Source of the DNA: an uncultured bacterium
Lineage (GTDB): Bacteria; Oederibacteriota; JAAXVQ01; JAUVAV01
Assembly (NCBI GenBank): GCA_963710755.1
Contig: CAVQBK010000013.1
Location: forward strand, 448,001-512,000
Direction: 5' to 3'
DNA length: 64,000 bases
This document shows positions 1-9,472 of this stretch, one piece after another. The notes under the pieces were generated by a model that saw only the letters and a program-made list of their open reading frames with translations, did no database searches and had not been told where the DNA came from. How positions within the stretch are numbered: the stretch's first letter is position 1; the number at the start of each line of letters is the position of its first letter. The position numbers and the translations under genes are program-made.

Positions 1-1240
1 GAGAGGCGATGTTGCGGATGGCATCAATAAATTCACCGATACCGCTTACCGCTTGGTTAAGGCGTTGCATACGGCCTTCAATCAGGTTCATATTTTCCGA
101 TACACTATTAATAATCTTCACCGCTTCTTGTACGGTTTTGCCACCATCACGAGAAACGGACTCTGTTTCCGCCGAGACCTGGGAGGCGTCCTGGGACTTC
201 TCCGTAATTTCCAAAAGCCGGGTTAACACCGACTCAATGGTATCGTGGGTCTCGGTGGATGCCCGTTCCTGTTTTTCCAAGTCATCAGTAACTCCCTGAA
301 CCGTCAAATTGATACCATCCGCATTGGTGCTGATTTCCTCGGCCGTGGAGGAAATGTCCTCCAGGGAAGCATTGATGGTACTGACGAGATTGACTGTCTC
401 CCTGACGATAAGAAAAAGGCTCTCCATGAATTGATTGAAATAAGAGGCCATCTCTCCGAATTCATCCTGACGGTCCAGATTCAGCCGTTGGGTGAGATCG
501 CCTTTGCGCGAGGCAATATCCTGCATGCGTTCAATAAACTGATTAATGGGTGTTAACAAGAAGCGGGCGAAGTAGGACCCTGCCACGGTACTACCCAGCA
601 ACGCCAGTAAACAGATGATCAATAGCTGGGTGCCGATCTCCCGTTCCGCCTTTTGTAGCCGTTGCAGGGACATGCCCACATGCACAATACCGCTAAAAGT
701 GTCGCTTTCGGTAGCTTGAGACTTGGTGGTGTTGTCGTTCTGGGTTTGCATGCCTTGTCCCATACCTTGGAGTAAGGCCAGTTCATCATTCACCATGAGG
801 TTGGAAGCCGGTTGGTTGAGCTGTTTAATGCCAATATAAATGTCATTGGCCTTGGTACCATCCGGCAAGGTAAGTTCTTTGATCGCCACCTTCTTATTCA
901 TGGGCAGGTCTTTGACATCCTTCATGATGGTGGACGAGCCGATGGTACCGTTTTCCGCCAGGATATGCTGTTGATCATCGAGGATGACGATCCACAAGAT
1001 ATCGGTCTCCCTCATCAGACTGTCGGTTAGTGCATATAAGCCATTGCGGTTATTGTTGGCCAGCGCGGTCTGGGCATTAAGGGCCAGATTTCTGGTCAGT
1101 GATTTGGCCCGTTCCAAAAATTCGGTTTTGATATAGCGTTTTTGTTGAATGAAGCTGGGAATGAAAAAAGCAATACTCAAGGCAAAGACCAGGGTATAGA
1201 TAAAGGTGAAAATAGCCCGCTTCAAGCTATGCTTTTTCAT
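1..1240 (-). CDS. Methyl-accepting chemotaxis protein (3' end runs off the window)
   Basis: Not in the ORF track; translated by hand from ATG 1240 (MKKHSLKRAIFTFIYTLVFALS...). It has TM1, a periplasmic Cache-like region, TM2, a HAMP (LTPINQFIERMQDIA..GDLTQRL..DEFGEMA..FNQF) and the start of the signalling domain (GIGEFIDAIRNIAS). Confidence 0.9.
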   Translation of the reverse strand, partial: MKKHSLKRAIFTFIYTLVFALSIAFFIPSFIQQKRYIKTEFLERAKSLTRNLALNAQTALANNNRNGLYALTDSLMRETDILWIVILDDQQHILAENGTIGSSTIMKDVKDLPMNKKVAIKELTLPDGTKANDIYIGIKQLNQPASNLMVNDELALLQGMGQGMQTQNDNTTKSQATESDTFSGIVHVGMSLQRLQKAEREIGTQLLIICLLALLGSTVAGSYFARFLLTPINQFIERMQDIASRKGDLTQRLNLDRQDEFGEMASYFNQFMESLFLIVRETVNLVSTINASLEDISSTAEEISTNADGINLTVQGVTDDLEKQERASTETHDTIESVLTRLLEITEKSQDASQVSAETESVSRDGGKTVQEAVKIINSVSENMNLIEGRMQRLNQAVSGIGEFIDAIRNIAS

Positions 1241-1251
1241 GAGTCGTCCCC

Positions 1252-2148
1252 TTACTGTTTAATTACATCCACCCCAGGTACGGTGGGCAATTGCTGCAAC
1301 CCGATTTTAGACATAGTATCAGAATTGACGTATAAAAACAAATGCCGCGGATACTGGGCACTCTGGCTGTGGGGATTGGCCAGTATATTTTTAGCCAGAT
1401 CCGCCGTCTGGGCGCCGATGTCCTTATAGTCCACGGAAATAGCCGCAAAGGCTCCAGCCTTCACATGAAAACTGGAGAGGGCGAATAATGGTAATTTTTC
1501 CTTCAAAGAGTGGGCGATTAGCAATTGCACTGCCGCTGGTTTGGCCATTAGGGGATCGACCACCATCCAAAGCATACTGATGTTATCCGCTGTCATTTTT
1601 CCCAAAGCCGGTGTAATGTCGGAGATATTCTCCACCGCGATCGGGACCAGGGTCGTATTGAAACTTTTCACTTGCTGCCGGGCTTCATTAATCACCCCGG
1701 CTGTGTATTGGGGATGGTAAAGTACTCCAATACCCTTGCCATTGGGAATAAGCTTGGTCATGACCTCCAACTGGCTGCCCACCTTAACCTTCATCAACAC
1801 CCCTGCAGAAACCTTGCCTGTAAAATTGGGTTCTTCCAGCACCATGGTATACACCACGGGGATGGTGCCAATATTTTGCTGAGCCATCAAAGTGGCCTCA
1901 GAACCAATGGTGATCAACAAATCGGTGGCAGCAGGATCGAGCTTCTGAACTATTTCTTTGCCTTTGTCGGCATTGCCCTCCATGTTGGCTTTTTGCAATG
2001 GCAGGCCCCCTGCCTGGGACAAACCCTGCCAGGCCTGTTCATAGGGCGGCAATGTACGGCTCAACAGCACAACCACATTGCCTGCCCAACCTATTATGGG
2101 GACAAGCAGAACGATTAATATTATAAACATCACTTTTAAGTGGTTCAT
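1252..2148 (-). CDS. ABC-type substrate-binding protein (ABC_sub_bind/YfiR-like), periplasmic
   Basis: Signal peptide, DLLITIGSEA, IPVVYTMV, GIGVLY, VKAGAFAAISVDYKDIGAQTA. Start moved to ATG 2148, which follows a GGAG RBS. Confidence 0.8.
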   Translation of the reverse strand: MNHLKVMFIILIVLLVPIIGWAGNVVVLLSRTLPPYEQAWQGLSQAGGLPLQKANMEGNADKGKEIVQKLDPAATDLLITIGSEATLMAQQNIGTIPVVYTMVLEEPNFTGKVSAGVLMKVKVGSQLEVMTKLIPNGKGIGVLYHPQYTAGVINEARQQVKSFNTTLVPIAVENISDITPALGKMTADNISMLWMVVDPLMAKPAAVQLLIAHSLKEKLPLFALSSFHVKAGAFAAISVDYKDIGAQTADLAKNILANPHSQSAQYPRHLFLYVNSDTMSKIGLQQLPTVPGVDVIKQ

Positions 2149-2548
2149 TGGAGCTCCTGCGACTAAGCCAATAACTATAGGGTCGACTTTCAACATGGTC
2201 CACTTTAGATGGGTTTACTTATTTTCCTTTGCTTTTTAAGGGGTTAAATAAAAATCCCACCGATAGATCGCCATAGGAAACAATAAAGTTTAAGACAACT
2301 GGCCTCCCAGCAGTTTTAAAATGAATATATGCTTTTCACCATAAAATAGGTAAACGGATGCCAGTTCATCAGAGTATTTATCCTGCTTTTTGCTGGTCAT
2401 TGCTGTATTTTACACCATCATTATTTAAAGGTTAATTAAAAATAGGCGGGTTAATTAAATAGGCTAAGCGCCTTTCCCATGAACAGCGGAGACAACGCCT
2501 CGTTCTTAAGCATTTATTTCAAAAAAAAAACACAGAGTGAAAAGAAAA

Positions 2549-2625
2549 TGGTGGGCGGTACTGGACTCGAACCAGTGACCTCTTGCGTGTCGAGCAAGCA
2601 CTCTAACCAGCTGAGCTAACCGCCC
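2549..2625 (-). tRNA. tRNA-Val(GAC)
   Basis: GGGCGGTTAGCTCAGCTGGTTAGAG...CTTGC-TCGACAC-GCAAG...GGTTCGAGTCC...CCGCCCACCA; cloverleaf with encoded CCA. Confidence 0.97.
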
Positions 2626-2861
2626 ATGTTCAAAAGGAGTTGTATTTTATGTAACCAGACACTGTTTGGCAACCAAAAAATGACCAAGCTGGTTTCTTGT
2701 TGCGGATTGGGTTTGTGACCGGCCTTAGTCTGGACGTCGGTTTGTAGTGTTGGGTTGCAGGCAGGCCTGTACCCTTCGAATGCGATTTTTTCTGCCGCCT
2801 AAGGACATGGTCGCAATCCTTGCAAGTCGAGCAAGCTGAAATGGCCTTTCCACAACAGAAC

Positions 2862-3632
2862 CTAGCTAATCCACGATTCGAAGTGGCTGATATGATTGTA
2901 GGCGGTAAGATCGTTATGGATGGGGGTGACGGAAATATAACCCTGACGCAAAGCGACAGCATCCACATCCTCTGCGGGATTTAAAACATGAATGTCTTCC
3001 AAAGAGAGCCAATAATAGTCTCTTCCCCGCGGGTCCTGTCTCAGTTCGTATTTATCACGATAGCGAAATATCCCCTGGCGGGTTATTTTCACGCCTTTAA
3101 TGTCTTCTTTGCAAACATGGGGCACATTGATATTTAACAGCAGGTGCTCGGGCAGACCATTAGTCAGAATTTTTTCCGCAAAAGTTCTAGCCACTTCCCC
3201 GGCCGCGGTAAAATCGTGACAACTTTTAAGCACACCCATAGACATGGCCATGGCCGGCACCCCGCAAATCACACCCTCCATAGCAGCGGACACTGTACCA
3301 GAATAAAGCACATTAGTGCCTGTATTGGGCCCTGGATTTATACCGGAGACCACCAGATCCGGTTTTTGCTCCAACAAATTGTTAATGGCCAATTTCACAC
3401 AATCGGCAGGGGTTCCGTTAACTGCCCGCCCAAAGGGTTGACCATCCAACTCCACTTCCGCCACCCTTAAGGTTTGGACCATGGTCAGGGCGTGACCGGA
3501 AGCACTGCGCTCGGCATCAGGCGCCACCACCACCACCCGGCCCAGAGGATCCAAAGCCTTTTTTAAGGCCGTAAGCCCTGGTGCGAAAATGCCGTCATCA
3601 TTGGTAATTAAAATCAAAGGCTCTCTGGCCAT
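2862..3632 (-). CDS. surE: 5'/3'-nucleotidase SurE
   Basis: ILITNDDG, GTPADCV, SGINPGPN, YSGTVSAAMEG motifs. Confidence 0.97.
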   Translation of the reverse strand: MAREPLILITNDDGIFAPGLTALKKALDPLGRVVVVAPDAERSASGHALTMVQTLRVAEVELDGQPFGRAVNGTPADCVKLAINNLLEQKPDLVVSGINPGPNTGTNVLYSGTVSAAMEGVICGVPAMAMSMGVLKSCHDFTAAGEVARTFAEKILTNGLPEHLLLNINVPHVCKEDIKGVKITRQGIFRYRDKYELRQDPRGRDYYWLSLEDIHVLNPAEDVDAVALRQGYISVTPIHNDLTAYNHISHFESWIS

Positions 3633-3643
3633 AATATACTCCT

Positions 3644-3676
3644 AAAAAAAAGACCGGCCTTGGTCGCAGCCGGTCT
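3644..3676 (-). terminator. Intrinsic terminator-like hairpin upstream of surE
   Basis: AGACCGGC/GCCGGTCT stem followed by a T7 run on the minus strand. Confidence 0.65.
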
Positions 3677-3700
3677 GAGGTGATTTGGGCTTGGGAATGT

Positions 3701-4201
3701 CTATTTTTTGGTTGCCGGTGAGGCCGTAGTATTCTCCGCTGCATTGGATCCGCTCTGACCGTAATTTTTTCTGCTTTGTTCCAAAAATAGATCAGAGAGC
3801 ACTTTATTATATTTTTCCCGGTCTTTGGGAGTCATGCTGCTGATGTATCGGGTCACCTCATCCATGGAGGTGCCATGCTTGGCATAGATTTCTTCGTTTT
3901 TCTTGCGGATTTTTTCATTTAAATCCATTAACGCCTTGGGATTCTTGGGCAAAGTATTGTCCGCCGGAAACGCTTTCATGCTCTGAACGGAGATTTCGTT
4001 GGTGATCATGGCTGCTTTCTCAGGAGTCAGTTTGCCGGTGTAGGGTTTCTTGGCGGCTTCCATTTTTTCCACAATATGATTAACATCGGACTCAAAGGTG
4101 GCACTTTTATCTTTTTTACTGCTGCAGCCGGCAGCACCGAGAAGCAGACCTATTACCAATGTTAAAACGACCATATGCCAGGATTTATGCTGAGCCAACA
4201 T
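3701..4201 (-). CDS. Hypothetical lipoprotein
   Basis: Lipobox AAGC; Lys-rich helical body. Confidence 0.75.
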   Translation of the reverse strand: MLAQHKSWHMVVLTLVIGLLLGAAGCSSKKDKSATFESDVNHIVEKMEAAKKPYTGKLTPEKAAMITNEISVQSMKAFPADNTLPKNPKALMDLNEKIRKKNEEIYAKHGTSMDEVTRYISSMTPKDREKYNKVLSDLFLEQSRKNYGQSGSNAAENTTASPATKK

Positions 4202-4260
4202 GATTACACCTTCCTATTTATTTCGTTAGTTTTTCAATCATACCACAGCCGTTATTAAGG

Positions 4261-4719
4261 TCAATCCTTTTTATGAAGACGCTTTTTCTTCTGATAATTG
4301 AGGAGAATATTCACTATCGTCAAGCTGGCCAATACCACGGCCGTAACCATGATAGCCAATAAATAAAACCCGGCACCACAAGCCAAACCAATGCCGGCCA
4401 CAGCCCAAACCGAGGCTGCGGTGGTCAGCCCTTTGACCAGTTCATCCTGACCGCGAATAATGGTACCGGCACCAATAAACCCAATGCCTGTGATGACCTG
4501 GCCGGCGATACGGCCGGGATCAATATTGCTGGCCACTTGGGAATATTCCATAAGCATTTCCAGGGAGATCAGCATGGCGCAGGCCGACCCCAAGGCTACC
4601 AGCAAATGTGTGCGGATCCCCGCTGGTTTACGCAATTTTTCACGATTGTAACCGATGACCATGCTTAATCCAGCCGCTAAAAGCAGGCGCAACAGCATAT
4701 CTATCCATGTAATGCTCAT
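4261..4719 (-). CDS. MgtC/SapB family membrane protein (short form)
   Basis: IGYNRE..KPAGIRTH, DPGRIAGQVITGIGFIGAG, GLTTAASVW. Confidence 0.93.
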   Translation of the reverse strand: MSITWIDMLLRLLLAAGLSMVIGYNREKLRKPAGIRTHLLVALGSACAMLISLEMLMEYSQVASNIDPGRIAGQVITGIGFIGAGTIIRGQDELVKGLTTAASVWAVAGIGLACGAGFYLLAIMVTAVVLASLTIVNILLNYQKKKRLHKKD

Positions 4720-5090
4720 GGTGATACCTCTCCCCTTTTCTTGGCCTGGAGGTCTGACTTCTGGTCTTGTGGTCCAACGACGGCCAGCGCTTGCAGCCGT
4801 GCCATCAGTTTCGGTCCTATACCTTTGACCTTTAGAAGGTCTGTCACCTGCCGCAACGGATAATGCTCCCGATAGGTGATGATCCGACCCGCCAAAACAC
4901 GACCGATCCCGGGGAGCAAAGTCAAGGTCAGGGCATCGGCCCGGGTTAGATCAATTTTGGTTGTTTTGGTCATTGATTTAGATACGCTGTGCCACCGCCA
5001 AAGTTCTACTTCCCGGGCTATGGCGATCAGCAAGGGTAAAACCAACGCGACCATTATGATTTTCAGGGTAAGCGGCCGCAGCGATCTCAA
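4716..5090 (-). CDS. ComEA-like helix-hairpin-helix DNA-binding protein
   Basis: N-terminal TM; LPGIG..LAGRIITYRE and DLLKVKGIGPK HhH pair. Confidence 0.88.
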   Translation of the reverse strand: MRSLRPLTLKIIMVALVLPLLIAIAREVELWRWHSVSKSMTKTTKIDLTRADALTLTLLPGIGRVLAGRIITYREHYPLRQVTDLLKVKGIGPKLMARLQALAVVGPQDQKSDLQAKKRGEVSP

Positions 5091-5644
5091 GAAAATTGCT
5101 CCCTGCTTTTTTCCAGGCCCACCTCAATCCAGCTGAGCACCGCCTGCTCGGCCTTGGCCAATGACGCCACCAAGGTTTGCCTTTCCTCAGACGTAAACTT
5201 GCCCAAGACAAAGTTGGTCACCTCGCTGACCGCTGGTAAGGGCCCTATACCGATTTTCAAACGCTGGAAGCTATTGGTCCCCAAACTGGCCGTAATGGAT
5301 TTAAGACCATTATGGCCACCAGCACTGCCTTGGCCGCGAAAACGAAGTTTCCCCAGCGGCAGGCTGAAATCATCGACCACCACCAGCAAGTCTTCCAATT
5401 TGATTTTAAAATATTGGGTTAAGGCTAAAACCGCCTCACCGGAGAGATTCATATAGGTCAGGGGCAAAGCCAACAGCAAGGATTGACCTGCCAGATTGGC
5501 CCGCCCCCATAAGGACTTCAAAGAATTACGGTTCAAAGGGATATGATGTTCCCGGGCCAAAGTCTCTATCAGCTCGGCGCCAAGGTTATGACGCGTGCCG
5601 GTGTAGGTTGACCCAGGATTACCCAATCCCACAATGAGCTTCAC
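5087..5644 (-). CDS. pth: Peptidyl-tRNA hydrolase
   Basis: LIVGLGNPG, TRHN, TYMNLSG, GGHNGLKSI. Confidence 0.98.
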   Translation of the reverse strand: MKLIVGLGNPGSTYTGTRHNLGAELIETLAREHHIPLNRNSLKSLWGRANLAGQSLLLALPLTYMNLSGEAVLALTQYFKIKLEDLLVVVDDFSLPLGKLRFRGQGSAGGHNGLKSITASLGTNSFQRLKIGIGPLPAVSEVTNFVLGKFTSEERQTLVASLAKAEQAVLSWIEVGLEKSREQFS

Positions 5645-5656
5645 AGGATAATACAG

Positions 5657-6331
5657 TTAGCCTTTGCTTTTGCTGGCTTGACGTTCTTCCCGTTCTTTCT
5701 CGCCAATAACTTCGGGCTGCTTTGCTTCCGCTCCGGCTTCAGCACCAACGGTCACCGCAGCCTCAGTTTTGGGCGCCACCACATGCACCAATGGTTCATG
5801 CTCCTCCAGTTGCACCTGGACACCCTCGGCCAGAGTTACATCTTTGATGGTCAAACTGTCGCCGATATGCAGCTGACTGATGTCCACCTCAAGACTTTCC
5901 GGAATTAAGGCCGGCAAGCATTTAATGTGCAGTTCGCGGTGGACCACACTCAGAATGCCGCCTTCTTTAACCCCTGGGGCAACTCCAATGAGATGGACGG
6001 GAATGGTGGTTTCCATGGGTTTGTCCATGGATATTTTCAGAAAATCAGCGTGTAAAATATCGTGGGTTACCGGATGACGTTGTAGCGCTTTAACCGCCAC
6101 CAGGGTGGGGGCGTCTGTTTGGCTGCCGTCTTTGATGCTCAACTGAATAAGAGCACTGCTGCCCGAGGCGCGGAGTTTTTTCTCAAATTCTTTGACATCC
6201 AGCTGAACGCCAACGGCTTCCTGACCCTGACCGTAAACAACGGCAGGTAACATTCCGGCGCTGCGCAACCTGTTCATGGCGTTTTTCTTCAATCCTGTGC
6301 GAAGCGTTGCTTCCATCTGAAACTGTTTCAT
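5657..6331 (-). CDS. rplY: 50S ribosomal protein L25/Ctc
   Basis: PAVVYG, QRHPV..HADF, GVKEGG; position between prs and pth. Confidence 0.97.
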   Translation of the reverse strand: MKQFQMEATLRTGLKKNAMNRLRSAGMLPAVVYGQGQEAVGVQLDVKEFEKKLRASGSSALIQLSIKDGSQTDAPTLVAVKALQRHPVTHDILHADFLKISMDKPMETTIPVHLIGVAPGVKEGGILSVVHRELHIKCLPALIPESLEVDISQLHIGDSLTIKDVTLAEGVQVQLEEHEPLVHVVAPKTEAAVTVGAEAGAEAKQPEVIGEKEREERQASKSKG

Positions 6332-6456
6332 TGTTGCTTTCCTCCTGAATCATCACCTTGCCGCGATTTTCCCCCTGCTTCTCCGCCTGGTTTGGCGTGG
6401 GCAGCGGCGGCTATGGTTTTCGCTTAAGTCATCAATCTGCTCAATGGCAGTATTTA

Positions 6457-7407
6457 TTATTTAAACAGGGTACTCACCGTGGTTTCGGTGTGAATCCTGT
6501 GGATCGCTTCCCCAAACAACTTGGCCACCGTTAAAACTCCCACCTTGCCGGCGAGAGCTTTTGCCCGTAAAGGAATGCTATCAGTAGTGACCACTTCTTT
6601 GAGAGCTGAATTCAATATCAGTTCCGGTGCCTGCCCTGAAAACACCGGATGGGAACAGCAGGCGTACACATCTTTAGCCCCTTTTTTATGCAAAAAATTA
6701 ACGGCTTCAACCAGACTCTTGCCGGTGGCGATCATGTCATCCACCAATAATACGTTTCTGCCTTTAACATCACCAATCACATTCATGGCCATGGCTTCCG
6801 TGGGGCCTGAACGGCGCTTATCCACAATAGCCAGGTTGGCTTTTAATTTTTCCGAGTAATTGCGCGCCAGTTTAATGCCACCTACATCGGGCGTGGCGAT
6901 CACCAAATCTTTTATTTTTTTCTTTTTGAAGTGGTTTATAAATACAGGAGCAGCCTGGAGATTGTCAACTGGAATATCAAAGAACCCCTGAATCTGATCG
7001 GCATGGAGATCCATGGTCAACACACGATTGGCACCGGCAGTGGTAATCAAATTGGCCACCAGTTTGGCGGTAATAGGCACGCGCGGACGATCCTTACGGT
7101 CCTGACGGGCATAACCATAGAAAGGCAGCACAGCGGTAATGCGTTTAGCGGAAGCCCGGCGCAAGGCATCAATCATGATCAACAGTTCCATCATACTGTC
7201 ATTGCTGGGCGGGCATGTCGGTTGTACCACAAATACATCACAGCCGCGTACGTTCTCCTTGACCTGGACGGAAACTTCGCCTTCCGGAAAACGGCCCACG
7301 TCGATCTGACCCAAGGGTAATTTTAGATAACGGGCAATAGCTACCGCCAAGCGTGGATTGGAATTCCCTGAAAATATTTTCAATTTATTTCTTTGATGAA
7401 CCGCCAC
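6457..7407 (-). CDS. prs: Ribose-phosphate pyrophosphokinase
   Basis: YGYARQDRK, DLHADQIQGFF, VDDMIATG. Confidence 0.98.
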   Translation of the reverse strand: MAVHQRNKLKIFSGNSNPRLAVAIARYLKLPLGQIDVGRFPEGEVSVQVKENVRGCDVFVVQPTCPPSNDSMMELLIMIDALRRASAKRITAVLPFYGYARQDRKDRPRVPITAKLVANLITTAGANRVLTMDLHADQIQGFFDIPVDNLQAAPVFINHFKKKKIKDLVIATPDVGGIKLARNYSEKLKANLAIVDKRRSGPTEAMAMNVIGDVKGRNVLLVDDMIATGKSLVEAVNFLHKKGAKDVYACCSHPVFSGQAPELILNSALKEVVTTDSIPLRAKALAGKVGVLTVAKLFGEAIHRIHTETTVSTLFK

Positions 7408-8803
7408 CCGTCTGCCCCCCGTTGTTTAGTCTTCGATTTTTTTTTATTACCCTGGCCGGCACGCCCACAGCCACGCTACGTGCCGGAATGTGACTGTTGG
7501 CTTTTACTACCGCACCGGCACCAATCAAAGCCTGCTTGCCAATTTTATTGGGCGCAACCAATACTGTTCCGCTGCCAATGAAGGCCTGCTGCCCTATGAT
7601 GGTGCGATGTTTTACTTTTCCGTCATAATTGGCGGTAATGGTGCCCGCCCCAATATTGACTTCCCGTCCCAGCACCGTGTCCCCGATATAACTGACATGG
7701 CCCACTTTACTGCGTGCATTAACTGTGCTGCGGTTGAGCTCCGCAAAATTGCCGATCTTGGCCTGCTCACCAATGGTATTACCTGCCCGTAAGTGCGCAA
7801 AAGGACCAACCTTGACCTCGTCCCTGATAGTCGATTGCCCCACCACCGATTGCACAATACTGACTTGCCGGCCGACCTTGCTGTTCTTAATAACCGTATA
7901 AGGCCCGATCACACAATCCGGGCCGATCACTGTGGCGCCCGTGAGCATACAGCCAGGTAAAATAACCGTATCTTGTCCAATAACCACATCGCCATCGATC
8001 CAGGTGGTTTGAGGATCCATAATGGTCACGCCCTGATCCAGCCAGCGGCGCACAATCCGCTCGTTCATGAGGCGGCCGGCAGTCGCCAAGTCCTGGCGCG
8101 TATTGATGCCATGTACTTCCGCGGGATCTTCCACCTGCAGGCCGGCAACGCGGTGTCCCTGGGCATTCAGCAAATCAATAATATCGGTCAGGTAAAACTC
8201 GCCCTTTTGATTGTTGTTCTTCAAGTGCTTGACCAACGGCCAGAAAACATCCTGGGAAAAGCAGTAGGCACCACTGTTGATTTCCCTGACCTTCTTTTCC
8301 CCGGCCGTGGCTTCTTTTTCTTCCACGATTTTCCCGACCCAGCGGGCATCATGGGCATCGCGCAGGATGCGGCCATAACCAAAAGGGTTGTCCATCAAGG
8401 TGGTCAGAATGGTAGCCTTGGCCTTGAGCTTTTGGTGGACGCGGATCAAGGTTTTCAGGGTCTTGGCCTGAATTAGGGGGGCGTCTCCGCACAGCACCAG
8501 CACCAGGCCTTGCGCTTTGGCCGCCGCAGCGGCCGCCATCTGCACGGCATGCCCTGTGCCCAAAGGCTTGTCCTGCTTTACAATTTTAATGTCTTCAGGC
8601 AACCCGGCCTTGATCTGATCGGCCTGTTTGCCCAGCACCACCACCGGCTGCCTGATGCCCGCCCCGCGCACGGCCTGCAGCACCCAGGCCAGGCAGGATT
8701 TGCCGGCCACCGGATGAAGCACCTTGGAAACCTTTGATTTTAAACGGGTACTCTCACCGGCCGCCAGGATAATGGCATCGATTGTATTAGTTGTGTTGGC
8801 CAA
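7385..8803 (-). CDS. glmU: Bifunctional UDP-GlcNAc pyrophosphorylase/acetyltransferase
   Basis: LAAGESTRLKS..KVLH, GTGHAV, EFYLTD and hexapeptide repeats. Likely TTG start at 8803 after GAGGA. Confidence 0.96.
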   Translation of the reverse strand: MANTTNTIDAIILAAGESTRLKSKVSKVLHPVAGKSCLAWVLQAVRGAGIRQPVVVLGKQADQIKAGLPEDIKIVKQDKPLGTGHAVQMAAAAAAKAQGLVLVLCGDAPLIQAKTLKTLIRVHQKLKAKATILTTLMDNPFGYGRILRDAHDARWVGKIVEEKEATAGEKKVREINSGAYCFSQDVFWPLVKHLKNNNQKGEFYLTDIIDLLNAQGHRVAGLQVEDPAEVHGINTRQDLATAGRLMNERIVRRWLDQGVTIMDPQTTWIDGDVVIGQDTVILPGCMLTGATVIGPDCVIGPYTVIKNSKVGRQVSIVQSVVGQSTIRDEVKVGPFAHLRAGNTIGEQAKIGNFAELNRSTVNARSKVGHVSYIGDTVLGREVNIGAGTITANYDGKVKHRTIIGQQAFIGSGTVLVAPNKIGKQALIGAGAVVKANSHIPARSVAVGVPARVIKKNRRLNNGGQTGGGSSKK

Positions 8804-9003
8804 AGCAATCCTCGTTTTTTTACCGGGCTTGCTGTCCCTGTAGGGTTCAGCAACGAATTTTCGGTTTGGACTTTTATGGTTCGTCGTTGCAGTGGATTGG
8901 AGATTGTGACGGATAGCCATGGCACCGGTAACCTGATCACCCCTGCTGCCGGGACCAAATCTTTTCTTTAATTCAAGCCGACGTTTTGAACCAAGCCTCT
9001 TAG

Positions 9004-9077
9004 TGGCTGCCGGGCAAGGATTCGAACCTTGATAGGCGGCTCCAAAAACCGCTGTCCTACCGTTGAACGACCCGGCA
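9004..9077 (-). tRNA. tRNA-Gln(TTG)
   Basis: TGCCGGGTCGTTCAACGGTAGGAC-A-GCGGT-TTTTGGA-GCCGC...GGTTCGAATCC...CCCGGCAGCCA; classic ispE-tRNA-Gln-prs context. Confidence 0.96.
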
Positions 9078-9135
9078 ACAAAAGCACCTTATTTGCGATT
9101 ATTTTAAAAAAAGTCGGATAACTTATTGGACCTGA

Positions 9136-9450
9136 TTAATTGGTTTCAAAAGCTTCCTGACGTTCCTGAACTTCCGGCCTCTGACTGACATCTTGCAGTA
9201 CCGATTCTTTTTTATATTCCGATAAAATCTGGTCCTCCATGACCTTCCTTAGCTCATTGGTCAGGGGATGGGCAATATCCATAAAAGTACCGTCTTTTCT
9301 TTTCCTGGAGGGCATGGCCACAAACAGGCCGCTATTGCCTTCGATGATTTTTAAATTACGCACAACGAAGGCATCGTCAATGATAATGGTGACATAAGCT
9401 TTTAACTTGTCTTCCTGCCTGGGAAAAATCTTCACCTCTGTAATTTCCAT
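9136..9450 (-). CDS. spoVG: SpoVG family nucleic-acid-binding regulator
   Basis: MEITEVKI, LFVAMPSRKRKDG.F.DIAHP. Confidence 0.97.
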   Translation of the reverse strand: MEITEVKIFPRQEDKLKAYVTIIIDDAFVVRNLKIIEGNSGLFVAMPSRKRKDGTFMDIAHPLTNELRKVMEDQILSEYKKESVLQDVSQRPEVQERQEAFETN

Positions 9451-9472
9451 CACCCAGCGCTCCGTTATTCAT

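Noticed and set aside
9-1429. Plus-strand ORFs at the window start, and other antisense ORFs over housekeeping genes
   Set aside because: Antisense shadows of well-supported minus-strand genes.
2826-2837. GTCGAGCAAGC match to tRNA-Val as an att site
   Set aside because: Only 11 bp, located upstream of the tRNA, with no integrase nearby; compatible with chance.
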